Assembly: GCF_044704955.1 (NCBI RefSeq)
Contig: NC_091998.1
Span: forward strand, 4,960,001 to 5,024,000
Length of the DNA stretch: 64,000 nt
DNA from: Pristiophorus japonicus
Taxonomy: Eukaryota
Reading direction: 5' to 3'
In this document: positions 35,827 to 48,215 of the stretch, piece after piece
How the letters are laid out: each line of letters begins with the position of its first letter
Numbering within the stretch: the stretch's first letter is position 1
Position numbers and translations under genes: made by a program
The notes under the pieces: generated by a model
What the model saw: only the letters and a program-made list of their open reading frames with translations
The model's database searches: none
What the model was told of the DNA's origin: nothing

Positions 35827-38670
35827 AAAGAGAAAAAAAACACCCCCCCCACAAGTTTTTAAAAAGAAAATCATGGATTGGGTGGCAAAGGAAATTTCGG
35901 AAAGCAACCCGAGAGATCTGAGGTGTTGAGAATCGAATTCTCTTCCGTGATTTTTTTTGCAGACTCCGCGGAAATCTGGGAAAATGCAATCGGAGACGCG
36001 CTGGGGATGACATCAGTGATCTTTATACCACTTTCGAAGCCTAATAAGCCTTTACTTTGTACTTTTAAAATTTTAGCCCCAAAAATAGTATCTTTGGCCT
36101 GGAATCCTATATATGGGGGAAATGTGAAATCGAATCATTTATATAAAACAAAAAGAAAATGCAAAGATGTTTGTGAACGGTGTTCCTGTAAAGTGAGCAT
36201 AGGTTTTTACCGAGGCAGCGATTCAGTGACCGATGCAAGTGGCAATTCACCTCAAAATGCCTTTCTGATTTTCGTTTTGTTATTGAGAAGGAATGTTTTG
36301 GCAGAATCATTCTCAAAGGAGCGAAACCGTGTTTGTGTGTTTGGAAGTTGCTGCTACTGGCGATAACTCTGAACGGAATCTTGCGATAACAGCAGCAGTA
36401 CGGTACGGTACGTTACTGGTGGTGGGGGGGGGGGGCGAGGGTGAGAAGTTATTTGGGCTGAGTCGTTCGGGTGGGGGGAGGGGGCGGGCGAGTGATTAAC
36501 CCTTTACCGCTCACCTGTAGGGCAGGTAATGGTCCACCTGGAACGTACAGGTGACCCCCTGCCCCCACGAAGACAACACCTTGAGTTGCTCCCAGTTAAC
36601 TGAAGACGGTTTTAAATCCGAGATAGACACGGTTACAATCACTGACGGACAAGAGGTGGATTTTTTCACTGCCGTAGAAATTACCTTCAGACAGTTTTAA
36701 AAAAAAAGAAAGATTGCTGTGCAATTTTTTTTCTGATTGTTTAAGATAATCAAATATTATGAAACAGATGTGATTTTAAAAAAAAAAACTCACACACACA
36801 CCCGGATCGCTCCTTTGAGACCCTGTGAATAAAACTCATTATCCATTTTTGTGCTCACTGCTCACTCCATTGTTGTCATTTACGGTCCGATTATTTCAGA
36901 ACGTGTTGCAGTCTGTGTTTCAGTTGTATTAGTGTCATGGTAGCGATGTTCTGAAATGCTGTATGTCTTGTAGTGGGTCCACGCACAGTGCCATCGCTTT
37001 ACAGGGGAGTGCCTGTGAGTAATTGCATCAAGATTTTAACGGTACTTTAATGCTATCTTTAAAAAAAAAACCATGCTGATTCTTACTAATCCTGAGATGC
37101 TTGAACAATAATCCCTTTGTTAACCAGCCCCTCTGCGCACACGACCACAAACGGTTCTGCCTCAGTTAGCCTTTAATAAAACACATTCCGATGCGCGCTC
37201 CCCAAATCAAACTGTTGCCAAGCGAAACTCTCTCGTTGACCATTTCCGCTTTATTTTTCCAAGGTAGTGGTCTCACGGTAAGTCCCTTTACGCGGGGGAA
37301 CTTGAATGTGTAAACTTGTAGCCTAAAGCTGCGTGAAATTCCCTCTGATTTGGACTGGGACATGCTGGCAATGTTGGGCTGTAAATGGGCACCCACCTTG
37401 GGCAAAGCAGTTGATCTGCGTACCCCAGCGATGGTGAGCCCCAACCATCTCACTTTATTTCCCCCCTTGCTGCGAGCTTCTCCGGGGTAAAACAAGTGAC
37501 AACATGAACCAACCTCCCCTCCCCACCCCCTCCCTTAACCCCACACACGCGCTGTTCTTTCCACCTTCTTGCACAGAGTTCCCGGAGTGTAACTAAGATT
37601 GAACCTGCTCCCCTGCGGTGAATGGAAAGCAGCATACTTGTTCAGCACGCCGCTCCCAAACGGTTTTGAACCAGAATCAGACCAGTTACCCGTAATGACT
37701 AACGTGAAAGGGCTGCATTTCACACTGTCTTAATAACTTGTCGTGTGTTTTCAAAAAGAAGATTTGTGCACAATTTTCTGACTTTTGATACAAGGGCTTC
37801 TACCTTTCTAAAAAAAAAAAATTGCGCTAAGATCACTGGTTACTGGGGTCCCTCGCTAACCCAGACGTAACACTCTCATCGTTTGGCCTTGAAGAGTATA
37901 TAAACCCATTCCCTTGGCTACATTTTTGTTCACACGAACCTGAGGCAGGATGTTCTGTGACAACCGAGTGGTTATAGCTCTGGGAACTCTGCCACAGTCT
38001 GAATAACTGGCCTGGTCACCATGCGCCTCTCCACACGAGGAGGAAACGCCAAGAAGATTTGGTCGAGTTCACAAACTAGTCGGGAACTTTTGTTGTTTTT
38101 TCTCCTGCCCTTTATCAAGACAACATTTCTTTTTTCCCTCCACCACACATTTCCAATAGGGGTGGGGGTGGATATACTGACCCAGCAACGATCTTCGGTT
38201 TGCAGACAAGTGTGACTCGGCTGCAATAAGGCAAGTCCTTTCCCGCCCTTGTATTGCTTTGAACCATCTCCTGTCCCACATTGTTTCAGTGGAATCCGAG
38301 TCGCACGTTGTGTGTGGTGTCCCTTTAAGGATGTGTGTGTGGGGCGCTGGCTTTTTTTTTTGAGACGTGAACTTGAAAATCTCACAACCCTACCGGGAAT
38401 TATTGCCAGACGGTTAGCCAATGGGATGGCTCTATTTTAATTGTCAGTTTACTAGTTGGAACAGTTCCAGAGCAACCTTGTGTGTATTGTGAGGTTTATG
38501 GTATCCCTCAGGCGGGGGTGGAATTCCGACATCTGGGTTATTGGCACCCGGACAAACCGTGCACCTCTGCATTACTCGTGTGCAAAATGATACGAATTAA
38601 TTCCTTGTATTATGTATTAACAAGTTTGTCATTGAGATTTGGTAATAAACTTAATTTGTTGAAACCGTAC
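35827..38670 (+). other. SGPL1: Probable long SGPL1 3'UTR with alternative poly(A) signals
   Basis: About 2.8 kb free of the young TEs that fill the introns. AATAAA at 36828, 37175 and 38644, the last followed by a GT-rich element. Confidence 0.6.
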
Positions 38671-39072
38671 GAGTAGTTTGTGTCTCTCGCCCTGTTCACC
38701 TTCATTGCTGTCGGTTTCCCTTCTCCTGTTTGTACATTTACTCCCTTTTGTTCTTTCCCTGGCCCCCGTTTTTCCCTAACTCGTCACTTGCTTAAAAGCT
38801 ACTCATCGCTAACACCTTCCAGTTCTGACGAAAGGTCATCGAGCTAAAACATTGACTGTGAGACTCGCTCCACAGACGCTGCCTGACCCGCTCAGTGTTC
38901 ACAGCAGTTGCTGTTTTCCCAATTGCCAGCGTTGGCGGTATTTTGCAGTTGATGTATTTTGCATGTTGGACTCTGAGCTTGTGGTAACAAGCTACTACAC
39001 ATTTCTGATCATAATTCCACAAACCTATCTGACCAAACGGGCCAATGCCAGTGTTTGTGAACTGTCCCAATC

Positions 39073-39797
39073 ATAAGAACAGAAGAAATAGGAACAGGAG
39101 TAGACCATTCGGCCCCTCGAGCCTGCTCGGCCATTTAATACGATCATGGCTGATCCGATCATGGACTCGGGTCCACTTCCCTGCCCGCTCCCCAAAACTC
39201 CTTATTGCCTTGTCTGTTAAAAAACCATCTATCTCTGTCTGGTAATCACTGGTATAATGTGTGTACCTGTGAGTATGCTCACGGGTTTGTAGAGCCGTTG
39301 GGGCTCGTGCAGCCCGACTGCCTGCCTCTCTTCCACGGTTCCATCTGAGCCAGGGTGTCCCTGGAGATGGAGCACGCGGTGTCCACCGGTACGCTCGCGG
39401 CCTTCCGCGAGAGGTGGGCACCGGAGGGACTGGAGTGCATCATCACCCCCGGCAACCAAATTTTAATTTGATCCAGTTGACTGTCCAAAGTTTAATTGTG
39501 TCGGTTTTAGTGCCCCTCCCCCCTTAACCAGGGAGCACTTGATTTACAGGTGCAACTTAAAATAATTGTGGAGCTGTTGCATTGTGAGTGGCTTAGTCCG
39601 TCACGTGATGTTCACAAGACTCAATAAAACCCCAGCCAGTTGGGTCTAGGTCATCCACGATGAGGTATGTAGTTGTGAGCCTAGTGGAGGAACTGGTAAT
39701 GTGTCGTGTGATTGTTAAACCTTTGTTAATAAACCAACTAGTTCTTAATGTTGCTATGAATCCTGAAGCAAAGAACCCATGAAGCAAATACATTGCA
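39073..39797. mobile_element. CR1 tail (minus) adjoining a solo LTR (39253-39797) that contains a Tx1-like LINE 3' fragment (39301-39565)
   Basis: LTR homologous to 34214-34469 with flanking ACTGG/ACTGG. The Tx1 piece matches 53570-53740 and is flanked by TTGTAGAGCCGTTG/TTGTGGAGCTGTTG. Confidence 0.8.
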
Positions 39798-40069
39798 ACT
39801 GGCACCATCTGTGGCTGGGATTTAAACTTGCAGCTCATTTCTTGATGAACCCGTAAATACTGGGGTAGAGTTTCCGCATTGGGCGCAAATTGTGCTTGAA
39901 GTTGCATTGTTCAGGTTACAGTTTCTGCTAAAATTAATTTGCATAATCACAAATGTAAACTCTTCCATGGACCAGTGCAATCGGGCAGCGTGATGGAATG
40001 TCATCGCATTTAAGGAACTGAAGCCGCTTTTGGCCTTTGGCTCCTACGGTCTGGATGTTAACCAAGTAA

Positions 40070-41550
40070 ACTCATCTGCTGCCGAAACCCTCATCCGTGC
40101 CTTTGTTAGCTCCAGACTTGTCTCTCCCAACGCTCTCCCAGCTGTAAACTTTAGCTCATCAAAACTCGGCTGCCCGTATCCTGTTTGCCCATCACCCCCC
40201 GTGCTCACTGACCTGCACTAGCTCCCGGTCCGGCAATGCCACTATTTTAAAATTTTTGTCCTTAATTTCAGATCATACCATGGCCCCTCGACCCTCCCTA
40301 TCTCTAATCTCTGACCCTACAATCCTCCGAGATCTTTATTACAAGAGGATTTGAGTATAAGAGTAAAGATATCTTCCTGCAATTATATCTGACCCTGGTG
40401 AGACCACACCTGGAGTATTGTGTACAGTTTTGGTCTCCTTACCTAAGGAAGGATATACTTGTCATTGAGGGAGTGCAACGAAGGTTCACCAGACTGATTC
40501 CTGGGATAGGAGGATTGTCTTATGAGGAGAGATTGAGTCGACTAGGCCTATATTCTCTAGAGTTTAGGTGATCTCATTGAAACATACAAAAATCTTACAA
40601 GGACGAACAGGATATATGCAAAGAGGATGTTTCCCCCTGGCTGGGGAGTCTAGAATCAGGGGTCACAATCTCAGAATAAGGGGTCGGCCATTTAGGACAG
40701 AGATGAGGAGAAATTTCTTCACTCAGAGGGTGGTGAATCTTTGGAATTCTCTACCCCAGAGGGCTGTGGAGGCTCAGTCATTGAGTATATTCAAGGCAGA
40801 GATAAATAGATTTCTGAATATTAAGGGAATCAAGGGATATGGGGATAATGCAGGAAAGTGGAGCTGAGGTCGAAGATCAGCCATGATCTTATTGAATGGT
40901 GGAGCAGGCTCAAGGGGCCGAATGGCCGACTCCTGCTCCTAATTCTTATATCTGCGCTTCTCCAATTCTGGCCTATTGTGCATCCCGATTTTAATCACTC
41001 CACCACTGGCGGCCGTGCCTTGAGCTGCCAAGGCGCTAGGCTCCAGAATTCGCTCCCTATGCCTCTCTGCCTTGCTCTCCTTTGAGACCCTCCTTAAGAA
41101 CATAAGAAATAGGAACAGGAGTGGGTCATATGGCCCCTCGAGCCTGCTCCGCCATTTAATACAATCACGGCTGATCCGATCATGGACTCAGCTCCACTTC
41201 CCTGCCCGCTCCCCATAACCCCTTATTCCCTTATCGTTTAAGAAACTGTCTATCTCTATCTTAAATTTATTCAATGTCCCGGCTTCCACAGCTCTCTGAG
41301 GCAGCGAATTCCACAGATTTACAACCCCCAGAAGAAATTTCTCTTCATCTCAGTTTTAAATGGGCGGCCCCTTATTCTAAGATTATGCCCCCTAGTTCTA
41401 GTCTCCCCCACCAGTGGAAGCATCCTTGAAACCTATCTTTTTGACCAAGCTTTTGGCCGCCTGTCCCAATCTCTTTAACGTGGCTCGGTGTCAAATTTTG
41501 TTCCTTGGGATGTTTTACTATGTGAAAGGCGCTACGTAAGTTCAAGCTGT
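40070..41550 (+). mobile_element. L2 3' element with two CR1 insertions (~40338-40950 plus; ~41098-41420 minus)
   Basis: L2 sequence (SSAAETLIRAFVSSRL...) resumes after each CR1 block. Confidence 0.82.
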
Positions 41551-42019
41551 TGTTTGTAAAGCTGTCAGAGCAGTGACTTAAAATCTCTCGTGCTCCAATT
41601 GCGGGGTGGGCCGAGTGGCCAAGCGGTTGTCCTCCCAGAGGTTCTGAGTTCATATACCATCGAAGTTGTCGGCCAACACCATGAAAGCTGTTAATTGTAA
41701 TTTAAAAAACCCAACTGCTTCCCCGGCGGGGAGAAAACCTTGCCCCGCCCTTGCCTAGCTTGGCCTCCATGTGACTCCAGTCCATTCGAACTCGATGTTC
41801 AATCGCTATAGAGGAAATCCCATCATCAGCACCTCTGAGCAATAAATGTATGGCTGTGTCTGCAATGCTCACAAACTGAGCAATATGTACAGGCTGATCG
41901 TGGGGACAACAGCTTAATGGGGCTGTGCCCCTTTTAACTGGCAGCAATGCCCAGCAGATCACTGCACACAGTGCTGGAATTGATCAGTGTCGACCCCTTG
42001 GTAACTGTGCTGGGATCAA

Positions 42020-42452
42020 AAGATTGGATAGGCTGGGTTTGTTTTCTTTGGAACCGAGGATGCTGAGGGGGAGACCTTATTGAGGTGTGTAAAATTGAGG
42101 GGCCTGGCTAGAGTGGATAGGAAGGAGCTATTTCCCTTTTGGGAAGGGTCAACAACCAGGAGACGTAGATTTAAAGTAATTGATAGGAGGTTTAGAGGGG
42201 ATTTGAGGGGAAATGTTTTCACCCAGAGGGTGGTGGGGGTCTGGAACTCCCTGCCTGAAAGGGTGGTAGAGGCAGAAACCCTCACCACATTTTAAAAAGT
42301 ACTTGGACGTGCACCTGAAGTGTCGTAACCTACAGGACTACGGACCGAGAGCTGGAAAGTGGAATTAGGCTGGGTAGCTCTTTGTCGGCCGGCGCGGACA
42401 TGATGGGCCGAAATGGCCTCCTTCCGTGCTGTAAATTTCTACGATTCTATGT
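42020..42452 (+). mobile_element. CR1 LINE 3' fragment
   Basis: FTQRVVGVWNSLPERVVEAETL and tail gtaaatttctacgattctatg. Confidence 0.88.
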
Positions 42453-42640
42453 AACAGTGTTGGAATCTGTGGCATCACTGCAGTTTTGGCAAACGTCACC
42501 AAGGGAACCATCCAAACTTGGCCCGATCTTCAGTTCCAGTTTCAAAGCATCGGTGAACCTGCCATCTGGTTTTACTCTCGCTACAACTCAGGAACTATTT
42601 AATCTTGTACCAATGAAGGCAGGGTTATTTTGATTTGTGT

Positions 42641-42646
42641 TTTATT
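42641..42646 (-). terminator. PCBD1: Probable PCBD1 polyadenylation signal (AATAAA)
   Basis: tttatt on the plus strand, ~190 nt past the stop codon. Confidence 0.6.
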
Positions 42647-42833
42647 CACATAAGGCACAGTTTCCCCACAAACTACATACATCAATACTGCAACATGTAA
42701 ACTAGCTCTCGGTTCATCCCGATTAAATACAATTTGATTCTGGTGTAATCCACGGCAAGTTTCAAACATACGGATGACCTTTGAAATGTATCAGTTAATT
42801 TGGTCCCAATAGCCGCTGACATGCCCTTGGAGC

Positions 42834-42929
42834 TCATTGAGAAACCGTAGATTCTTCAGTGAAGGTGGCCAGCTTGATATCTCGCTCGGACAGCCCTCCG
42901 CACTCGTGTGTACTCAGAGTGATGTGAAC
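42834..42929 (-). CDS. PCBD1: PCBD1 last coding exon
   Basis: ccgcag|GTT CAC ATC...CAA TGA. Encodes [31 protein letters not shown]. Confidence 0.95.
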   Translation of the reverse strand, partial: VHITLSTHECGGLSERDIKLATFTEESTVSQ

Positions 42930-43492
42930 CTGCGGAGATAAAACCATTCCCATGATGAGGTCTTCCTCCCTTTAGCTTATGCAGTTGAGGGATTCTTCCA
43001 GCACCTGTTCGGAGGCTTCCTGCCCAGTCCATACAGTAAATGAACATACACCTGCAGAATTCACATCAGAGCCTTAAAATCAACGGCGAGGAAAACTGGG
43101 CCACCGACATAAACCCTCCCCATTCCCGGTGGGAGGGTTGGGTTAGAATCAGGGCTGTACCTGACCTAGGAGTGCGAGAGACTGGTGTTTAAAAAGTGAG
43201 CCATTCACTTCCCCCATCGATGAACATAAGAAATAGGAGCTGGAGAAGGTATACGGCCCCTCGAGCCTGCTCCGCCATTTAATACGATCATGGACTCCAG
43301 TCCACTTTCCTGTCTGCTCCCCATAACCCCTCAATCCCTTATCGGTTAAGAAACTGTCTTTCTCTGTCTTAAATTTATTCACTGTCCTGGCTTCGAATAA
43401 ATTTATTAAATAAATGAGGACCAAATAAAAATTGTTCATTGGCAATTCTGCATACACTACAAGGCAATAAAATACAGGGACTGTACGTGTGT

Positions 43493-44066
43493 TAGCCGTG
43501 GCTCAGTGGGTAGCTCTCTCGTCTGAGTCAGAAGGTTGCGTGTTCAAGTCCCACTCCAGAGAATCTTGGCTGACACTCCCAGTGCAGTACTGAGGGAGCA
43601 CTGCACTGTCGGAGGGGTAGGTACTGAGAGAGCACTGCACTGTCGGAGGGGCGGTACTGAGGGAGCGCTGCACTGTCGGAGGGGCGGTACTGAGGGAGCG
43701 CTGCACTGTCGGAGGGGCGGTACTGAGGGAGCGCTGCACTGTCGGAGGGGCGGTACTGAGGGAGCGCACACTGTTGGATGAGACATTAAACCAAATTCCT
43801 GGCCCCGTCCTCGCTCTTTGGTGATGTTAAAGATCCCATGGCCAGTATTGGAAGAGCAGGGAAGTTCTCCCCAGTGTCTTGGTGACTATCCATCCCTCAA
43901 CTGATATCATCAAAAACAGATTATCACATTGCTGTTTGTGGAAGCTTGCTGTGCGCACATTGTTGTCATGTGGGAAATGCAGCAGCCAGCGACTACAAGT
44001 AAAATATTAACTTGGCTCTGAAGCACTTTGGGAAGTCCCAAGGTTCTATATCAATGCAAGTCTTTC
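43493..44066 (+). mobile_element. Deu-SINE with an internal 33-bp array (43587-43778, ~6 units)
   Basis: Head gccgtggctcagtgggtagc...gttcaagtcccactcc. Units GTACTGAGGGAGCGCTGCACTGTCGGAGGGGCG. The tail abuts the PCBD1 exon 3 donor. Confidence 0.9.
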
Positions 44067-44071
44067 CTTAC

Positions 44072-44152
44072 CTTGTTATAAACGTTAAACCACTCTGGGT
44101 GATGGTCCATTTTCTCGGCCTGTAGTGCCACTCTCGTCATAAAACCAAAAGC
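44072..44152 (-). CDS. PCBD1: PCBD1 coding exon 3 (catalytic HHP motif)
   Basis: aaag|GCT TTT...AAC AAG|gtaagg, 81 bp. Encodes [27 protein letters not shown]. Confidence 0.96.
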
Positions 44153-44213
44153 CTTTTTAAAAAAATATAGGAAAATGCAGTTTACTGCAAAACCAGGTCC
44201 CTTGCATTTACAC

Positions 44214-45037
44214 CGGATCGCATCGGATATACGGCACAGAAACAGGCCATTCGGCCCAACCAGTCCATGCCGGCATTTATGCTCCACTCGAGCCTCCTCC
44301 CGTCTTTCCTCATCTAAATCTATCAGCATAACCCTCTATTCCCTTCTCCCCCATATGTTTATCCAACCTCCCCTTAAATGCATCGATACTATTCGCCTCA
44401 ACCCCTCCCTATGGCAGCGAGTTCCACATTCTCACCACTCTCTGAGTAAAGAAGTTTCTTCTGAATTCCCCATTGGATTTCTTGGTGACTATCTTATATT
44501 GATGGCCTCTAGTTATGCTCTTCCCCACAAGTGGAAACATTCTCTCTCTATCCACTCTACCAAACCCTTTCATTTTAAAGACCTCTATGAAGTCACCTCT
44601 CGACCATTTATCAAGAGGAAAGAGATCCAGCCTGTTCACCCTTTCCTGATAGGTATACCTTCGCATTCTTGGTATCATCCTTTTAAATCTTCTCTGCACC
44701 CTCTCCAGTGCCTCTATATCCTTTTTATAATATGGCGACCAGAACTGTACGCAGTGCTCCAAGTGTGGTCTAACCAAGGTTGGATACAGGTTTAGCATAA
44801 CTTCCCTAATTTTCAATTCTATCCCTCTAGAAATAAACCCTAGAGCTTGGTTTGCTTTTTATGGCCTCGCTAACCTGTGTCGCAACGTTTAGTGATTTGT
44901 GTATTTGTATCCGAGATCCCTTTGTTCCTCTACCCCACCCAGACTCGCATCCTCCCAGTAATGTGACCTCCCTATTCTTCCTACCAAAATGTAATCCCTC
45001 ACATTTATCTGTGTTGAACTTCATTTGCCAATTATAT
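44214..45037 (-). mobile_element. CR1 LINE 3' fragment
   Basis: ORF 44409-44816 [17 protein letters not shown]...WNSLP. The same subfamily occurs at 46280-46660 (plus). Confidence 0.9.
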
Positions 45038-45192
45038 GCAAATGCAAATGAACTGAGACTACAGAAATTAATTTACAGGCAGGGGAGTTCTCCCTGGTGT
45101 TCCGAACAATATTGATCCCTCAACCAACACAACCTAAAAACCGATTGGTGTCTCATTTTATTATTGTGCATCGAGCCATTATAAATTCTCAC

Positions 45193-45324
45193 CTGGTTGA
45201 AGTTTTTGAAGACAAACTCTTTATAAATTGCATCTCTCCCTTCCACTTCCGCCCAGCCGGCCCCTCGGAGGTTGGGGAGCAACTGTTCACGTTGCTCAGT
45301 GCTCAGTCTGTGCGCTTTTCCTGC
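45193..45324 (-). CDS. PCBD1: PCBD1 coding exon 2
   Basis: gttag|GCA GGA AAA...AAC CAG|gtgaga, 132 bp. Encodes [44 protein letters not shown]. The AGKAHRLS start and adjacency to SGPL1 favour PCBD1 over PCBD2. Confidence 0.95.
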
Positions 45325-45488
45325 CTAACAGACAAAAATAACCAGCGTTTCCATTGCAGTAATATCAGCCGCGCTTTCCTACCGAACTGAGACTGCAGAA
45401 AGTAATCTACAGGCAGGGGAGTTCTGCCCGCTGTCCCGGACAATATTGATCCCTCGGCCAACACAACCTAAAAACAGATTGGTCATTT

Positions 45489-45720
45489 ACGTTTTAAAGT
45501 TTAATTTGTTTTAATTGCCGGTGCTTTTAGTGTCCCCCTTCCCTTTTATAGGGGGCACTGGGAAAAAATTGTAATTTTAGTGCCCAAAAAAACCAAAAAA
45601 AAAAAGAAAAACACACAAAAAAAAGGAAAAAAAGGACCTTGTAAATGTCTGGTGTGTCACCCAGGTAGGGTGGCACGGTTTAATGTCTTTTGTTTTTGCA
45701 GATAAACTCCAAAAAGAGTT
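45489..45720 (+). mobile_element. Tx1-like LINE 3'UTR-only insertion with 10-bp TSD, inside a SINE remnant
   Basis: Near-identical to 53742-53959. TTGGTCATTT at 45479-45488 and 45721-45730. Confidence 0.88.
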
Positions 45721-46937
45721 TTGGTCATTTATCTCATTTGTGTTTGTGGCAGCTTGCTGTGCACAAATTGGCTGCCACGTGTTCTATATTGCAACCGTGC
45801 TTCAATATATGTGAAGTGCTTTGGGACGTCCGGAGGTCAGGGAATGCACATGAGAAATGTGAATTATCTTTTACCCATTCACACTCTGCTGTTTCCCTCT
45901 AATTTTCAGAGTTTCATGATCGATGGACTAAAGGTCGCGGTCCTGGTCAGTTTATTATTGACCAAAGTACGCCTTCAATCACCGGTTGTTACATTCCGAT
46001 CTCTCCAGTAATTTAAACAAAGTAGCCAGAAAAGGTTCTGTTACAGAACGGAGAAGTTACATTTAAAGGCGGGCGAGACGCACTGGTTACTGCACAAACC
46101 GTCTGCACCACCAGTTTATCAAGTTGCTATATTGTATTTTGGAAACAACGTGATTCAGTCGGACAAGAAACGGAACGCTACTTTCACCAGATCCTCTGAA
46201 CAGCTGACAGCTCGCAACATGCAAATTACTGGCAACACATTGTGGGTGGAATTCAAATTCAATGGGGCAGTGGAAAAAAAAGAGGGGTGAGCTAATAGAG
46301 GTCTTTAAAATGATGAAAGGTTTTGATAGAGTGGATAGAGAGAGAATGTTTCCACTTGTGGGGAAGAGCATAACTAGAGACCATCAATATAAGATAGTCA
46401 CCCAGAAATCCAATGGGGAATTCAGGAGAAACTTCTTTACCCAGAGAGTGGTGAGAATGTGGAACTCGCTGCCACAGGGAGGGGTTGAGGTGAATAGTAT
46501 CGATGCATTTAAGGGGAGGCTGGACAAGTATATGAGGGAGAAGGGAATAGAGGGTTATGCTGATAGATTTAGATGAGGAAAGACGGGAGGAGGCTCGAGT
46601 GGAGCATAAACGCCGGCATGGACTGGTTAGGCCGAATGGCCTGTTTCTGTGCCGTGTACCCGGTTATCCTATGAACGGGCGGGGCGAGGAACGGGAGAGC
46701 AATCCACTACTGCTTGGTTTGTGCTGCCGCCAAAGTTGAATTTCATTCGTGGTTGAAAATCCATACATGGTTTCCGAAGCTTCAGGCAAATGGCCCACAA
46801 AGTCAGCAAGTTAGAATGGAGCCACGTTCACTGCATAACCAGTTTTGCTGAGAGAATACTTTGGATAAATAATTCTGTAGTTATGTCATTTTGCTGATCG
46901 TTTTGTAGCTCAGTTGGAAAATCTTGTTGTAAAAACG

Positions 46938-47260
46938 GTGGGCAGCACCCTCGCCTCTGAGTCAGAAGGTCGTGGGTTCAAGTCCCACTCCAGGGAATTG
47001 AGCACATAAATCTAGGCTGACACTCCCAGTGCAGTGCTGAGGGAGTGCCGCACTGTCGGAGGTGCTGTCTTTCGGATGAGACGTTAAACCGAGGCCCCGT
47101 CTGCTCTCTCGGGTGGATGTAAAAGATCCCACGGCACCATTTCGAAGAAGAGCAGGGGAGTTATCCCCGGTGTCCTGGCCAATCAATCAACATAACAAAA
47201 ACAGATTATCACATTGCTGTGTGTGGGAGCTTGCTGTGCACCAACTGACTGTCGCGTTTT
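46938..47260 (+). mobile_element. Deu-SINE
   Basis: tRNA-like head ggtcgtgggttcaagtcccactcc followed by the Deu-type body. Confidence 0.88.
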
Positions 47261-48104
47261 CTCTCCTACATGTGGAAGGGATTTTTTTGCAAGACATTGG
47301 AGGCGAGGATCCTGGGATTACTTTAGAATACAGGATGGGCCGTAGGGCTTTCCCCAGCACTCACTGTACATCTTTGAGTTGTGTGTGGGGTCAACCGTCC
47401 CACATTATCTGACTCGAGCTGCGTTGAAAAAGCGATTTAATTCAATTAACTGCTGGTTACTGCACTCAGAGCTCCTGCCACACAGCAAGCGTTGTGCAGT
47501 TTTCCAGCTGACGGCGAATGTTTGCACTTTTATTAAAGTTTGACTCAATGCAAACAAAAAGGCACTGGTGTGTCCATGATCATTGCCCTCTCCCCCTTCA
47601 AAAATGACGAGGTATCATAGCAACCGCTGCACAGGGAGATTCAGAGAATGGCCAAGGCTCGCAGCCTCCCTGTCTGAGACTGGGGGAAGAGAGAAGCCAC
47701 CACGTTTACACTCCCTTACACCGTGCCCAATAAACAGATTCCCCTGTAACCAGTTATGCAGCGAGCAAGGGACCCTGAGCCACACACTTACTGCAAACAC
47801 ACTCAGCTCAACTCAATTGCAATTTGAATCTTTGTAATATGCTTTCCCAAAACAACTGTTGCTGAGCAGATCGGCACAAAAATGAGGCAGAAATGTCATT
47901 AATGATGATTAAATTTAAGATTTTTTTAAAAATAGCAATGTAATTTCACTCAACTGTCCTCAAATAATTTCAGGAAAAATGGCTTTTATTTTTTGTTTCG
48001 CATTTAAAGATGTAAACACCGAGTACCACCCCCCCTCCCCAATTATACATTAAATGAAATCCTGAAGAAGGCAGAGAGACGTTAATTGCATTTAAATGAC
48101 TTAC

Positions 48105-48107
48105 CAT
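48105..48107 (-). CDS. PCBD1: PCBD1 start-codon exon (ATG only)
   Basis: GCCAAATG|gtaagt is an ATG followed by a perfect donor. Exon 2 starts at Ala2 in phase 0, as in the human gene where only the ATG lies in the preceding exon. Confidence 0.8.
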
Positions 48108-48149
48108 TTGGCAATAAAGGCTGCAAATCAGCGGCTCGCCCTGGGCAGG

Positions 48150-48215
48150 TCCCGGAGATTTGGAATCTGGTCCCGGGGATTTGGAATGTTGACCCGGGGA
48201 TTTGGAACGCAGCCC
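48150..48215. repeat. 21-bp tandem repeat x3 in the PCBD1 5' leader
   Basis: cccggagatttggaatctggt / cccggggatttggaatgttga / cccggggatttggaacgcag. Confidence 0.85.

Noticed and set aside
43493-43560. tRNA-like sequence with A and B boxes
   Set aside because: It is the SINE head, continuous with the SINE body and repeated many times in the window, not a tRNA gene.
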